Below the pieces are notes generated by a model. That model was not told the origin of the DNA. It did no database searches and was given only the letters and a program-made list of their open reading frames with translations. From positions 1 through 15,776 of the forward strand of contig JBMFOP010000071.1 of NCBI GenBank assembly GCA_049969675.1: a DNA stretch of 15,776 nt, read 5' to 3'. Positions 15,303-15,776 of this stretch are shown piece after piece. The position numbers were made by a program, and so were the translations under genes. The DNA comes from Myxococcota bacterium. Lineage in GTDB: Bacteria; Myxococcota; SpSt-1050. Positions within the stretch are counted from its first letter, which is position 1, and the number at the start of each line of letters is the position of its first letter.

Positions 15303-15776
15303 AGTTAAACTATTTATACGATATGAGAAAAACACAATCTACGGTTTAACCCAACAACACTTAAGGAGGCGAGAGGTAATTATGATGACTTTTAACAAAT
15401 TTAGTATTTAGTATTTGAAGAAATAAAATACATGGCTGGTACAAGCCTTTGCGGGGATGAGCCTACACGGCACCAGGCTTCACTTCGTTCAGCCATTTCG
15501 CCTAAATGAATCTCAATTTATCAACTTTACAAACTGGATCAATTAACATATACTCTTTTTACTTGTTGTTTTTCTTTTTTGCCTTTGTTCCGCTTGAGAG
15601 TAGTTCCAGAGGATGGGATAAAGAGAGAGTTGTTTTAATCATTATCTTTACACTATGAGAGACATTTTTAATCATCAGTCCACAGTTAACAGCCCATATT
15701 ATAATAAATTCTGGTTGACCTATCAGTAGTAATATGAGATATCTTCTGGAGTTTAGAGGTAAATAGATGAAGAAAC

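Noticed and set aside
15550..15776. Pyrimidine tract and the short repeat TTTTAATCAT (two copies)
   Set aside because: Low-complexity AT-rich DNA; no regular spacers, so not a CRISPR array.

Overview
AT-rich bacterial chromosomal window. Protein motifs suggest a deltaproteobacterial/Myxococcota-like organism (inference only). Gene order: Cu(I)-type P1B ATPase (copA) > DNA polymerase I (polA) >< an orphan GspE/PilB-type ATPase with an N-terminal cyclic-nucleotide-binding domain; a ~630-bp intergenic region holding a ~114-nt rod-like hairpin whose G-U pairs favour the + strand; then on the + strand an orphan PhnD-like solute-binding lipoprotein, a secreted CsgG/TolB-N-like protein with a membrane-type C-terminus, a Cys-rich lipoprotein with two ASH/choice-of-anchor-D domains, a phytoene-desaturase-family oxidoreductase, a lytic transglycosylase, pgsA, a phasin-like coiled-coil protein and a second lytic transglycosylase. 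I found no rRNA, tRNA, CRISPR array or transposase. Best leads: (1) a cNMP-gated secretion/pilus ATPase in which the usual c-di-GMP module appears to be replaced; (2) the 9005/9917 gene pair as a possible surface-export module; (3) the candidate structured RNA at 7420-7533. All domain calls come from motif recognition by eye; no searches were run.
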